Positions 12,686 through 21,018 are shown, counted from the stretch's first letter. The stretch is 64,000 bases of DNA from Arenimonas sp. (GCF_041913985.1 NZ_JAYSEG010000007.1:23670-87669); one strand, 5' to 3'. The notes: a model not told the origin generated them from the letters alone. Numbers and translations are program-made.

Positions 12686-13027
12686 CCCGCACCCGCCGCC
12701 GGGCGGCGAGGACTCTCACGCTGGCCACCTTCCACGCTGGCCCTGCCGCCGCATCAAGTGTCCGAAGGGACACGCAGGCGTGCACGTGCTGGCGGCAAGT
12801 ACGCGGACCAGTTCAACCCACCTGATCGGCAAGAGAAATCGTTCCCTGCGGCCCGGGTCGGGACGCGCAAGCATCGCAGCGCGCGCTATCTGCCCTTCGT
12901 CACGAAACCGGATGTAATGCACCGGCGCCGCCGTGGAGGTGAAGGTCTCCTCCTGCGAAATAAGAGGCTTCACTGAGCAGGAGGAGACCTTCACCTCCGC
13001 GGTGGGGACGGCACCGGATGGATGCCG
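12686..13027. ncRNA. Putative structured non-coding element, copy B (inverted relative to A)
   Basis: Perfect 22-bp stem 12935-12956/12977-12998; its sequence differs from copy A only by compensated substitutions. Confidence 0.6.
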
Positions 13028-13068
13028 CCGAAACCAAAGCCGTGTCCCTGGGGGCCTGGGAGAAGGGC

Positions 13069-13116
13069 AAAAAAATGGCAGGGCCGCCTGTCCCGAAAAC
13101 AGCCGTTAGCCCTGCC
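13069..13116 (-). terminator. Rho-independent terminator
   Basis: Minus strand GGCAGGGC...GCCCTGCC stem (with an inner helix) followed by A and T7. Confidence 0.7.
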
Positions 13117-13265
13117 AAAGGGTGTCAACGCCAGGGGGCGGTTGACTTCAAATTGACTGCCGGGAGCCTCGACGAGGAGAGGGGGGGGGCCGGCGCAGGG
13201 CCACTGGACCACTTTCGGCGCCGGGCCGGCAAGGCCGCCCGGGAAGGAAAGGCAGGCTGGTCTGC
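13069..13265 (-). ncRNA. Candidate ~200-nt sRNA with C-rich segments
   Basis: Bounded by a promoter-like TTCGCG-N18-TAGTGT and an intrinsic terminator; contains the hairpin GTCAAC-C-GCC-CCCT-GGC-GTTGAC and a C9 run. Confidence 0.45.
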
Positions 13266-13271
13266 TCACAT

Positions 13272-13301
13272 ACACTAACGTCTTCACTTTCCGCCCGCGA
13301 A
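13272..13301 (-). promoter_or_regulatory. Candidate sigma70-type promoter
   Basis: TTCGCG-N18-TAGTGT, the same layout as TTCGCG-N18-TAGAAT upstream of pyrG in this window. Confidence 0.4.
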
Positions 13302-13379
13302 AATGCCGCTGGGCGCCCCAACCGCGCAGCAAATCCGGACAAGCTTTGGCTAGTTATGCTTTCGGGGGCAGCAATGCTG

Positions 13380-14681
13380 TCACCGGGTCGACGGAACGCC
13401 CGCCGCCTCGCGCTCGCGGCGGCCATGCGCCCGCGCCAGCGACCAGCCCGTGAATGCCCAGCCCAGGGCCAGCGCCGCGCCGGCCACGGCCACCACCGCC
13501 GGGTGCCCGGCGATGGCGTCCACGCCGGTCTTCACCCAGCCGCTCACGGCGTCGGCGCCGCGGTAGACGGCAGTGTCGATGACGTTCTTGGCCTTGTACT
13601 TGGCCTCGGCCGGCACCGCGGTGAACAGCATCTCGCGGCCCGGCCGGGCCAGCGCGTACTCGCCGGCGCGGCGCGTCACCATCACCACCGCGAACACCGC
13701 GAAGGTGGGCGCCAGCGCCAGCCACAGGAAACCCAGGGCCATCACCACCGGCACCGCGGTGAGCAGCACCACCAGCCCCAGCCGCTGCACGATGCGGCCG
13801 GTGAGGAATAGCTGCGTCAGGATGGCCAGCGACTGCACGATGAAGTCGAGCAGGCCGAACACCCGCGTCTGGTCCTCGCGGTCGGGGAAGTGCAGCTCCA
13901 CCAGCCGCGCCTGTTCGAAGTACAGGAAGGTGGTGACGCTGGCCAGCAGCACCACGAAGGTGGCGATGCCCATCAGGTAGGGCGAGGAGAACACCGTGGT
14001 CAGGCCGGCGAAGGGATTGCCGCCCAGCGGTTCGCGCCGCGCCACGGTTTCTTCCGCGCGCAGCGGGTGGCGGTCGCGCCAGCGCTGCAGCGCCACCGCC
14101 GCGCCGGCCGAGGCCAGCAGCAGCGCGGTGGCCAGCACCATCAGCCCGGCGTGGCCCAGCGGCCCCACCAGCAGCACGCCCAGCAGCGGCCCCAGCAGGC
14201 CGCCGGCGCTGGCACCCGCGGCCACCAGCGCGAACAACCGCTTGGCCTGCGCGGCGGCGAACAGGTCGGCCAGCACGCTCCAGGCCACCGAGATCGCCAG
14301 CAGGTTGAACACCGACAGCCACACGTAGAAACCGCGCGCCACCCAGGGGTTGTCCGGTGCCATGGCGATCGCGGCGGCGAAGGCCAGCAGGTTCAGCGCG
14401 AAGAAGCCGTAGGTCCAGGGCAGGATGCGCCGGCGCCGGGCCCGCGCGGCCAGCAGGCCGAACAGCGGGATGGCGGCGAGCGTGGCCACGAAGGTGGCCG
14501 TGAACAGCCACTGCAGGTTGTCCACGCCGCCGGCGATGCCCATGGTCTCGCGCACCGGCCGCAGCATGAAATAACCGGCGAACAGCAGCAGGAACATCGC
14601 CACGCCGGCCAGCACGGCCGGCGCTTCGTCGGGCGCGACGCCGAACAGCCGGGACAGGAAACGCGAAACGGGTCCCGGCAT
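13380..14681 (-). CDS. MFS transporter, NTP/NDP-exchanger (TLC/NTT)-like
   Basis: YFMLRPVRETMG, W....DLF...QAKRLF, RPGREMLFT...KYKAKNVIDTAVYRGAD. Confidence 0.8.
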   Translation of the reverse strand: MPGPVSRFLSRLFGVAPDEAPAVLAGVAMFLLLFAGYFMLRPVRETMGIAGGVDNLQWLFTATFVATLAAIPLFGLLAARARRRRILPWTYGFFALNLLAFAAAIAMAPDNPWVARGFYVWLSVFNLLAISVAWSVLADLFAAAQAKRLFALVAAGASAGGLLGPLLGVLLVGPLGHAGLMVLATALLLASAGAAVALQRWRDRHPLRAEETVARREPLGGNPFAGLTTVFSSPYLMGIATFVVLLASVTTFLYFEQARLVELHFPDREDQTRVFGLLDFIVQSLAILTQLFLTGRIVQRLGLVVLLTAVPVVMALGFLWLALAPTFAVFAVVMVTRRAGEYALARPGREMLFTAVPAEAKYKAKNVIDTAVYRGADAVSGWVKTGVDAIAGHPAVVAVAGAALALGWAFTGWSLARAHGRREREAAGVPSTR

Positions 14682-14691
14682 CGGGGGCTCC

Positions 14692-15609
14692 TCAGGTGAA
14701 CATCGCGACGAGCTCGGCGCACTGCGCCGCCGTCAGGGTGGGGCCGAAACCGGCGCGCAGGTTGTCGTCCTGGCGGTCGGGCTTGCCGGTGGCGGGAATC
14801 ACCACCGTCACGGCCGGGTGGGCCAGGGTGAACTTCAGGAACAGCTGCGCCCAGGACGTGACGCCCGCCTCGGCCGCCCAGCCCGGCAGCGGCTTGCCGG
14901 CGACGCGGGCGAACAGCCGGCCGTCGTCGAAGGCGCGGTTCACCATCACCGCCACGCCGTTGTCGGCGGCCGCCGGCAGCACGCGCTTGGCGGCATTCGC
15001 AGCCGACACCGAGTAGTTGATCTGCACGAAGTCGGGCTTCTCGGCGGCGACGATGTCGGCCAGCGTGTCGTGGGCGCTGTCGAGGTAATGGGTGAGGCCG
15101 ACGTACTTCACCTTGCCCTGGGCCTTGAGCTCGCGCGCCAGCGCCAGCTGGGTCTTCCAGTCGCGCAGGTTGTGCACGGCCAGCAGTTCCACCTTGTCGG
15201 TGCGCAGGCGGCGCAGCGAATCGGCGAACTGCGCCTCGCCCGCGGCGCGGCTGTCGGCGGCGAGCTTGGTGGCCAGGAAGATGCGCTCGCGCAGGCCCAG
15301 TTCGGCCATCAGGTCGCCCAGCACGTCCTCGGCGTTGGAATAGTTGGGCGAGGTGTCGATGACGGTGGCGCCGCCGGCGACGAAGCGGCGCAGCACCTCG
15401 CGCAGCGGCTCGCGCCCGGCGGCGTCCACCTCGAAGCTGCCGGAGGTGCCCATGCCGATCACCGGCACCGTTTCGCCGGAAGCCGGGATGGCGCGGCGCG
15501 CGATCGGCCGCGGGGCGGGGTTGCCCGCGGCGAAGGCGGTTGCGGCGGGCAGTGCCGCGGCAGCGGCGGCGGCGATCGCGGCGCTCAGGAATTCTCGGCG
15601 GTTGGCCAT
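14692..15609 (-). CDS. Aldo/keto reductase with a twin-arginine signal peptide
   Basis: N-terminal NRREFL + Ala-rich h-region; IDTSPNY, LATK, VHNL (catalytic D/Y/K/H); VIPAT. Confidence 0.88.
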   Translation of the reverse strand: MANRREFLSAAIAAAAAAALPAATAFAAGNPAPRPIARRAIPASGETVPVIGMGTSGSFEVDAAGREPLREVLRRFVAGGATVIDTSPNYSNAEDVLGDLMAELGLRERIFLATKLAADSRAAGEAQFADSLRRLRTDKVELLAVHNLRDWKTQLALARELKAQGKVKYVGLTHYLDSAHDTLADIVAAEKPDFVQINYSVSAANAAKRVLPAAADNGVAVMVNRAFDDGRLFARVAGKPLPGWAAEAGVTSWAQLFLKFTLAHPAVTVVIPATGKPDRQDDNLRAGFGPTLTAAQCAELVAMFT

Positions 15610-15742
15610 GGCGGGGGACCTCGGTCGGCTGGGGGTGCCCGGATCGTCCCGCAGGCTACGTTAACGCCTTGTCCAGTCGCCCCTGCCGGTGGTCAGGGGG
15701 GACCCGTGGTAAATTCCCAAGGGCACAGGGAGGGGGTCGGGG

Positions 15743-16963
15743 ATGGCGGTCGAAGAACGGCAGATGCTGGTGGGTCTGCTTGAGAAGGGCATGTACGTCA
15801 ATCGCCTCGACCGCGATTGGGTCGGCACGCCCTTTCCCTTCCAGGGCTTCGTGATCGCCAGCGACGAAGACATCGAACTGCTGGGCCTGTACTGCACCAG
15901 CGTGTTCATCGACGTCGAGAAGAGCGCGGCGCCCAGCCGGCTCTCGATGCGCATCGCCAGCGCCGGCTCGCGCCAGGTCTTCCCCAAGCGCGGCCCCGAA
16001 TACGTCAACATCGTGGCCGTGCAGGAGGAAGTGCCGCGCGCCCGCGAGGCGCACGCCGGGCTGCACAAGCTGGCCGAGCGCATCGCCGACGACGTGCGCG
16101 CCGGCCGCCGGCTCGAACCCGGCGTGGTGCAGGAAGCCGTCGAGCCGATGGTGGAGAGCCTGCTGCGCAACGCCGACGCGCTGTTCTGGCTGATGGCGCT
16201 GATGAAGCGCGACGACTACGCCTACAGCCACGCCGTGAACTGCAGCGCCCTGGCCGCCGCCTTCGGCCGCCACCTGGCGCTGCCGCGCGAGGTGCTGGTG
16301 GAACTGGCCACCGGCGGTTTCCTGCTCGACGCCGGCATGGTCACGCTGCCCGACGACCTCACCCGCCACACCGGCAAGCTCGACGGCGAAGCCGTGCAGC
16401 TCATGCGCAGCCACGTGCAGCGCAGCATGGACGTGCTCGACCAGGCCGGCGTCACCGGCAAGTGGGCGCGCGAACTGGTGGCCGGCCACCACGAGCGCCA
16501 CGACGGCAGCGGCTACCCGCAGGCCCTGGTGGGCGACCGCATTCCGCTGGCCGCGCGCATGGGCGCGGTGGTGGACACCTACGACGCGCTGCGCAGCGAC
16601 CGCCCGCACCGCACCGGCGACTCCCGCCACGGCGCGCTGCAGACGCTCTACCGCGCCCGCGACCGCCTGTTCCAGGCCGAGGTGGTGGAACAGTTCCTGC
16701 AGTGCCTGGGCGTCTATCCCACCGGCTCGCTGGTGGAACTGAGCACCGGCGAAGTGGGCATCGTGATGGCGCAGAACCAGGTGCGCCGCCTGCGCCCGCG
16801 CGTGATGCTGCTGCTCGACGGCAACAAGCAGCCCTACCAGCCCTACCGCGACGTCGACCTGATGGCCGGCGACCCGGACATGGCCGAGGGCAGCGTCAAG
16901 ATCCGCAGCGCGCTCGAGCCCGGCGCCTACGGCCTCGACCCGGCCGACCTGTTCCTGCTGTGA
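15743..16963 (+). CDS. HD-GYP domain protein with DUF3391-like N-terminus; HD dyad degenerate
   Basis: LEKGMYVNRLDRDW..TPF, DDYAYSHAVN, HHERHDGSGYP, VDTYDA; the expected LHDxG reads LLDAG. Confidence 0.88.
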   Translation: MAVEERQMLVGLLEKGMYVNRLDRDWVGTPFPFQGFVIASDEDIELLGLYCTSVFIDVEKSAAPSRLSMRIASAGSRQVFPKRGPEYVNIVAVQEEVPRAREAHAGLHKLAERIADDVRAGRRLEPGVVQEAVEPMVESLLRNADALFWLMALMKRDDYAYSHAVNCSALAAAFGRHLALPREVLVELATGGFLLDAGMVTLPDDLTRHTGKLDGEAVQLMRSHVQRSMDVLDQAGVTGKWARELVAGHHERHDGSGYPQALVGDRIPLAARMGAVVDTYDALRSDRPHRTGDSRHGALQTLYRARDRLFQAEVVEQFLQCLGVYPTGSLVELSTGEVGIVMAQNQVRRLRPRVMLLLDGNKQPYQPYRDVDLMAGDPDMAEGSVKIRSALEPGAYGLDPADLFLL

Positions 16964-16976
16964 GCGCGCCGCGGCC

Positions 16977-18218
16977 ATGGTGATCGACAGCGGCCTGCTC
17001 GCGAAGCTCGGCCCGCTGGTGGACGCCAGCCGCAGCCAGGGCGCGCCGCTGGGCCTGCTCATGGTGGGCCTGCAGGGCCTGCGCGAGCTGCGCATCCGCA
17101 GTGGTTACGCCGCCGCCGGCGAGCTGGTGGAACGCGCCGGCGCGCTGCTGCGCGAGGCGCTGCGCCCCGGCGACGAAGTGGTGGAACTCGGCCGCGGCGA
17201 CTTCGCCGTGCTGCTGCCGAACCTGCGCGACGGCCAGCACGCGCTGCTGGCCGCGGCGCGCCTGCTGCGCCAGTTCGAGCAGCCGGTGTTGGCCGACGGC
17301 CAGCCCGTGCTGGCGTCGGTGGCGGTGGGCATCGCCATGTGCCCGGAGCACGCCGACCAGCCCGAGCGCCTGTGCCGCCAGGCCGAGCAGGCCATGCTGA
17401 TGGCGCGCCAGGAACCCGACCGCATGCGCCTGTGCGGCGATTGCCTGGTGGCGCCGGGCATCGACCCGGCCGACCTGCTCGAGGCCATCCACGGCGGCCA
17501 GCTGGAAATGCACCTGCAGCCGGTGCTCGACATCCGCCGCAAGGCCATCATCGGCGCCGAGGCGCTGGCGCGCTGGACCCACCCGCAGCGCGGTCCGGTC
17601 AGCCCGGCGGTGTTCGTGCCGGTGGCCGAGAACTCCGGCATGATCAGCCAGTTCACCCGCTGGGCCATCAATGCCAGCCTGCAGCACGCCGCCGAAGCGC
17701 GTGCGCAGGGCCTGGCGCTGGCCATTTCGATGAACCTCTCGGCCACCGCCTTCGCCGAACGCGGACTGGTGGAGCAGATCCTCGGCGCGCTGCGCCTGTG
17801 GGACGCCTCGCCCAAGGACCTGGTGGTGGAAGTGACCGAAACCGCCATCGTCGCCGACCTCAGGCGCGGCGCCACCCAACTCAAGCGCCTGAACGCCGAG
17901 GGCATCCGCGTTTCCATCGACGACTTCGGCGTCGGCAACGCCTCGGTGGCCTACCTCAAGGAATTCCCGGCCACCGAGATGAAGATCGACCAGTCCTTCG
18001 TCACCCACATGCTGGGCGACCTGCGCTCGATGCAGCTGGTGAAGGCGATGATCGGCTTCGCCCACACCCTGGGCATGCGCGTGGTGGCCGAAGGCGTGGA
18101 AGACACCGACACCCTGCAGGCCCTGGCCGACCTCAACTGCAACCTGGCCCAGGGCTACGGCATCGGCCGGCCGCAGCCGGCGGCCGGGTTCATCGCCGAA
18201 TTCGCGCGCAAGCGCTGA
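16977..18218 (+). CDS. Degenerate GGDEF + EAL c-di-GMP phosphodiesterase
   Basis: GGDEF position reads GRGDF; EAL domain has QP, EALARW, EVTE, DDFGVG, KID, AEGVE, QGY. Confidence 0.88.
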   Translation: MVIDSGLLAKLGPLVDASRSQGAPLGLLMVGLQGLRELRIRSGYAAAGELVERAGALLREALRPGDEVVELGRGDFAVLLPNLRDGQHALLAAARLLRQFEQPVLADGQPVLASVAVGIAMCPEHADQPERLCRQAEQAMLMARQEPDRMRLCGDCLVAPGIDPADLLEAIHGGQLEMHLQPVLDIRRKAIIGAEALARWTHPQRGPVSPAVFVPVAENSGMISQFTRWAINASLQHAAEARAQGLALAISMNLSATAFAERGLVEQILGALRLWDASPKDLVVEVTETAIVADLRRGATQLKRLNAEGIRVSIDDFGVGNASVAYLKEFPATEMKIDQSFVTHMLGDLRSMQLVKAMIGFAHTLGMRVVAEGVEDTDTLQALADLNCNLAQGYGIGRPQPAAGFIAEFARKR

Positions 18219-18227
18219 GCGGCGCGC

Positions 18228-18806
18228 TCAGGCGGTTTCTTCATCGTCCTGGCCCGCCCGGGCGCCGGCGGGCAGGCGCCGCGGCACGCGCTGGGCGTCG
18301 AGCAGGCGCTCGATGCGGGCGAACACCTCGGCGCGCGAGAACGGCTTCTTCATGAAGTCGTCGGCGCCGATGCGGTGCACGTAGAACTGCTCGGTGGCCT
18401 GCTCGTTGCCGCTGATCATGATCACCGGGATGTCGCGCGTGTACGGGTCGCGGCGCAGCTGGCGCAGGGCGGCGAAGCCGTCCATGCCCGGCAGCACGAT
18501 GTCGAGGAAGATGAGCTCCGGCGACTGGGTGCGGGCGATCTCCAGGCCCTGCTCGGCGTCGCCGGCCTCGAGCACGTGGTAGTCGTTCTGGCGCAGCATG
18601 CGCGAGAGCAGGGCGACGATGGTGGCCGAATCGTCGATCACCAGCATGCGGGTGCCGGAGCGCGCGTTGGTGCGGGGCTTGCCGCGGCGCTCGGGGCCGG
18701 CGGGATTGGCGGGCGTGGCCTCGGCCTCGCCGGCGGCCGGCGCCACGACCGGCGCGGGCTTCCTGCCCCAGCCGAACAGGCGCTTGATCTTCTCGTAGAC
18801 GTCCAA
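18228..18806 (-). CDS. Single-domain response regulator (PilH-like) with N-terminal extension
   Basis: LVIDDS, IFLDIVLPGMDGF, IPVIMIS, KKPF; TTG start inferred from an upstream AGGGGA RBS. Confidence 0.82.
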   Translation of the reverse strand: MDVYEKIKRLFGWGRKPAPVVAPAAGEAEATPANPAGPERRGKPRTNARSGTRMLVIDDSATIVALLSRMLRQNDYHVLEAGDAEQGLEIARTQSPELIFLDIVLPGMDGFAALRQLRRDPYTRDIPVIMISGNEQATEQFYVHRIGADDFMKKPFSRAEVFARIERLLDAQRVPRRLPAGARAGQDDEETA

Positions 18807-18937
18807 CTTGGCGCTTCCCCTGGATTTCCCCGGCGCACAGTGTCCACGCCGGCGCGGCCGCTGGCAAACGGCCGGGGCTGGACAGCGCCCGCCGGCTCGC
18901 GCAGGCTGCGCGGCCCACCCCCGCGCCCGGAGCGCCC

Positions 18938-19483
18938 ATGGCCCCCAAGGCAACCGTGTACAAGGCCACGCTGCAGGTCAGCGACATGGACCGGCACCAC
19001 TACGCCGGCTACGAACTGGTGCTCGCCCAGCATCCCTCGGAAACCGAGGAGCGGCTGATGCTGCGCCTGCTGGCCTTCGCCCTGTTCGCCGACGAGCGCC
19101 TGGCCTTCGGCGGCGGCGTCAGCACCGAGGACGAGCCGGCGCTCTGGCGCAAGGACCTCACCGGCGCGGTGGAGCAGTGGATCGAGCTGGGCCAGCCCGA
19201 CGAATCACGCGTGCGCAAGGCCTGCGGCCGCGCCGGCGAGGTGGTGGTGCTCACCTACGGCGGCCGCGCCGCCGACCTGTGGTGGGAGAAGAACGAAGCG
19301 GCCCTGGCCCGCTGCCGAAACCTTTCGGTCGTGGATATTTCCGCGGAGGACGGCAAGGCGCTGGCCGCGCGCATCGCCCGCGGCATGGACGTGCAGGTGA
19401 TGGTGCAGGACGGCGTGCTGCAGTGGGTGGACGCCGCCGGCACGCTCGAGATCAGCCCGCGCTGGCGCCGCCGCGACGGCTAG
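18938..19483 (+). CDS. yaeQ: YaeQ family protein
   Basis: MAPKATVYK, QHPSETEERLMLRLLAF, DEPALW, WIELGQPDE. Confidence 0.9.
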   Translation: MAPKATVYKATLQVSDMDRHHYAGYELVLAQHPSETEERLMLRLLAFALFADERLAFGGGVSTEDEPALWRKDLTGAVEQWIELGQPDESRVRKACGRAGEVVVLTYGGRAADLWWEKNEAALARCRNLSVVDISAEDGKALAARIARGMDVQVMVQDGVLQWVDAAGTLEISPRWRRRDG

Positions 19484-20406
19484 TCGAGCGACTTGGCCTC
19501 GGCGGTGCCCAGCATCGCCGGGTCGGGCTTGTGCGGCGGCTGCCGGGTGAGCAGCGGGTGCGAGAACACGCCGGCCAGGATGATCGCCACGCCGGCGTAG
19601 AACACCGGCCCGAGCTCGCGCTGTTCGCCCAGCAGCACGATGGCCAGCACGATGGCGTAGATGGGCTCCAGGTTCACCGCCAGCTGCGCCGAGAACGCGC
19701 TCATGCGGCGCAGCGCCACCAGCGACAGCGCGAACGGCAGCAGCGTGCAGGCCATGGCCAGCACCAGCAGCAGGCCGGCATCCTGCCAGCCCGGCAGCAC
19801 CAGCGGCGAGCCGAACCAGGGCAGGGCCGGCGCCAGCAGCGCCAGGATCAGGCCGCCCGCGCCGAGCTCGACGCCGGTGACGGTGAGCGGGTCGGCGTGT
19901 TCGACGTAACGCTTGTTGAGCGCGCCGAAGAAGGCCACCAGCACCGCCGAGATCGTGCCCACCACGATGCCGGCGCGCATGCCGTCGGGCACGCCGCCCA
20001 CCACCAGGGCCACGCCCGGCACCACCGCCACGCCCACCAGCAGTTCGCGCGGCTCGAAGCGCTTGCCGGTGACCCAGGGCTCCACCAGGGGCACGAACAC
20101 CGTGGCCAGCGCCAGGCAGGTGACCGCCACCGAGGCGTTGGCCAGCTTGATGGCGCCGTAGAAGGTGAGCCAGTGCAGCGCCACCAGCGCGCCGATGCCG
20201 GCGTAGATGCCCCACAGCCGCGCCGGCAGCGCGCGCAGGCCGCGCCAGACGCGCGGGAACAGCAGCAGCGCCGCCGCCACCAGGCCCATGCGCCAGACCA
20301 CCAGCGCCATCGCCGGCAGCGTGATGGCCTTGCCCAGGATGGCGGTGAAGCCCCACAGCAGCACGCAGAAGTGCATCTGCCAGAGCGCCTTGGTGTTCGG
20401 TGTCAT
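19480..20406 (-). CDS. DMT/EamA family transporter
   Basis: LLWGFTAILGK, about 10 TM segments, NLEPIYAIVLA..LLGE. Confidence 0.88.
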   Translation of the reverse strand: MTPNTKALWQMHFCVLLWGFTAILGKAITLPAMALVVWRMGLVAAALLLFPRVWRGLRALPARLWGIYAGIGALVALHWLTFYGAIKLANASVAVTCLALATVFVPLVEPWVTGKRFEPRELLVGVAVVPGVALVVGGVPDGMRAGIVVGTISAVLVAFFGALNKRYVEHADPLTVTGVELGAGGLILALLAPALPWFGSPLVLPGWQDAGLLLVLAMACTLLPFALSLVALRRMSAFSAQLAVNLEPIYAIVLAIVLLGEQRELGPVFYAGVAIILAGVFSHPLLTRQPPHKPDPAMLGTAEAKSLD

Positions 20407-20657
20407 GCGGTATCCGTGCCCTGCGCGAGCGCGCGCTTGTCGGTGGGGGAGAGCTGCTTGATGGCGTATTCGGCCTTGAGCGCGGCCGAACGGTCGGGGT
20501 GCTCGAAGCGCGCCAGCAGCCGGCGCGGCGGGTGCGAACGGGTGTAGCGCGCGCCCTTGCCGGCCACGTGCTCGGCGTAGCGCTTGTCCACGTCCACGGC
20601 CACGCCGGTGTAGATGCTGCCGTCGGCGCATTCGAGCAGGTAGACGAACCAGGGCAT
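20403..20657 (-). CDS. GIY-YIG nuclease family protein (UPF0213)
   Basis: WFVYLLECADGSIYTG...R..EH..GKGARYTR...ALKAEY.IK. Confidence 0.9.
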   Translation of the reverse strand: MPWFVYLLECADGSIYTGVAVDVDKRYAEHVAGKGARYTRSHPPRRLLARFEHPDRSAALKAEYAIKQLSPTDKRALAQGTDTA

Positions 20658-20947
20658 CAGCGCAGGCTCAGGGCGATGCGGCGCCAGTCGGTGCGGACCT
20701 CGCGGCAGTCGTCGCCGTCCATGGCGAACTCGCGGCAGACGAAGGGGCGCTGTTCGTAGATGCCGCAGCACATGCGCTCGCGGTCGAGCGCCACGCACCA
20801 GCCGTCGTCGGCCTTGGCCATGATGAGGTAGCCGTCTTCGTCCTCGTCGAGCATGTGCTCCGGCGGCGCGTCGCCCGGCAGCACCCGCACCGGCAGCTGG
20901 CAGCAGCAGGCCTGGCATTGGTCGCAGCGGGCGGGGGTGGGGTCCAT
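20657..20947 (-). CDS. YkgJ-family (CxxCxxCC) cysteine-cluster protein
   Basis: CDQCQACCC...C..LD...CGIYEQRPFVCREF. Confidence 0.85.
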   Translation of the reverse strand: MDPTPARCDQCQACCCQLPVRVLPGDAPPEHMLDEDEDGYLIMAKADDGWCVALDRERMCCGIYEQRPFVCREFAMDGDDCREVRTDWRRIALSLR

Positions 20948-21018
20948 GGTGGCCATTGTCCCACGCCGGCCGGCTGCCGCTGGCGTAGCATCCGGAAGGA
21001 ATCCCGGGGGAGCCTGCC

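Larger units (their letters stand above)
12268..13027. repeat. Long diverged inverted duplication (~345-bp arms, ~75-bp spacer)
   Basis: Shared blocks in the same order: CCCCACCGCG (12288-12297 / rc 12998-13007), CGATGCTTGCGC (12420-12431 / rc 12865-12876), ATTTYTCTTGCYGATCAGGT (12458-12477 / rc 12820-12839), CTCGCCGCCCGGCGGCGGGTGYGGG (12587-12611 / rc 12686-12710). Confidence 0.92.

Noticed and set aside
12268-13027. Hammerhead ribozyme, tRNA/tmRNA, CRISPR or classical MITE interpretation of the twin elements
   Set aside because: No CUGAnGA...GAAA core in the right arrangement, no T-loop or CCA cloverleaf, no repeat-spacer periodicity, no target-site duplication seen, and the arms are too diverged for recent terminal inverted repeats. 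A MITE origin cannot be fully excluded without a genome-wide search.
12105-13426. Small ORFs of 72-124 aa across the intergenic region, including possible type I toxin peptides
   Set aside because: No RBS-supported hydrophobic peptide; reading frames are not conserved between the two copies (indels), whereas base pairing is
20403-20657. GIY-YIG nuclease as a sign of a mobile or defence element
   Set aside because: It is the short, stand-alone housekeeping UPF0213 type, coupled to ordinary neighbours, with no mobile-element context
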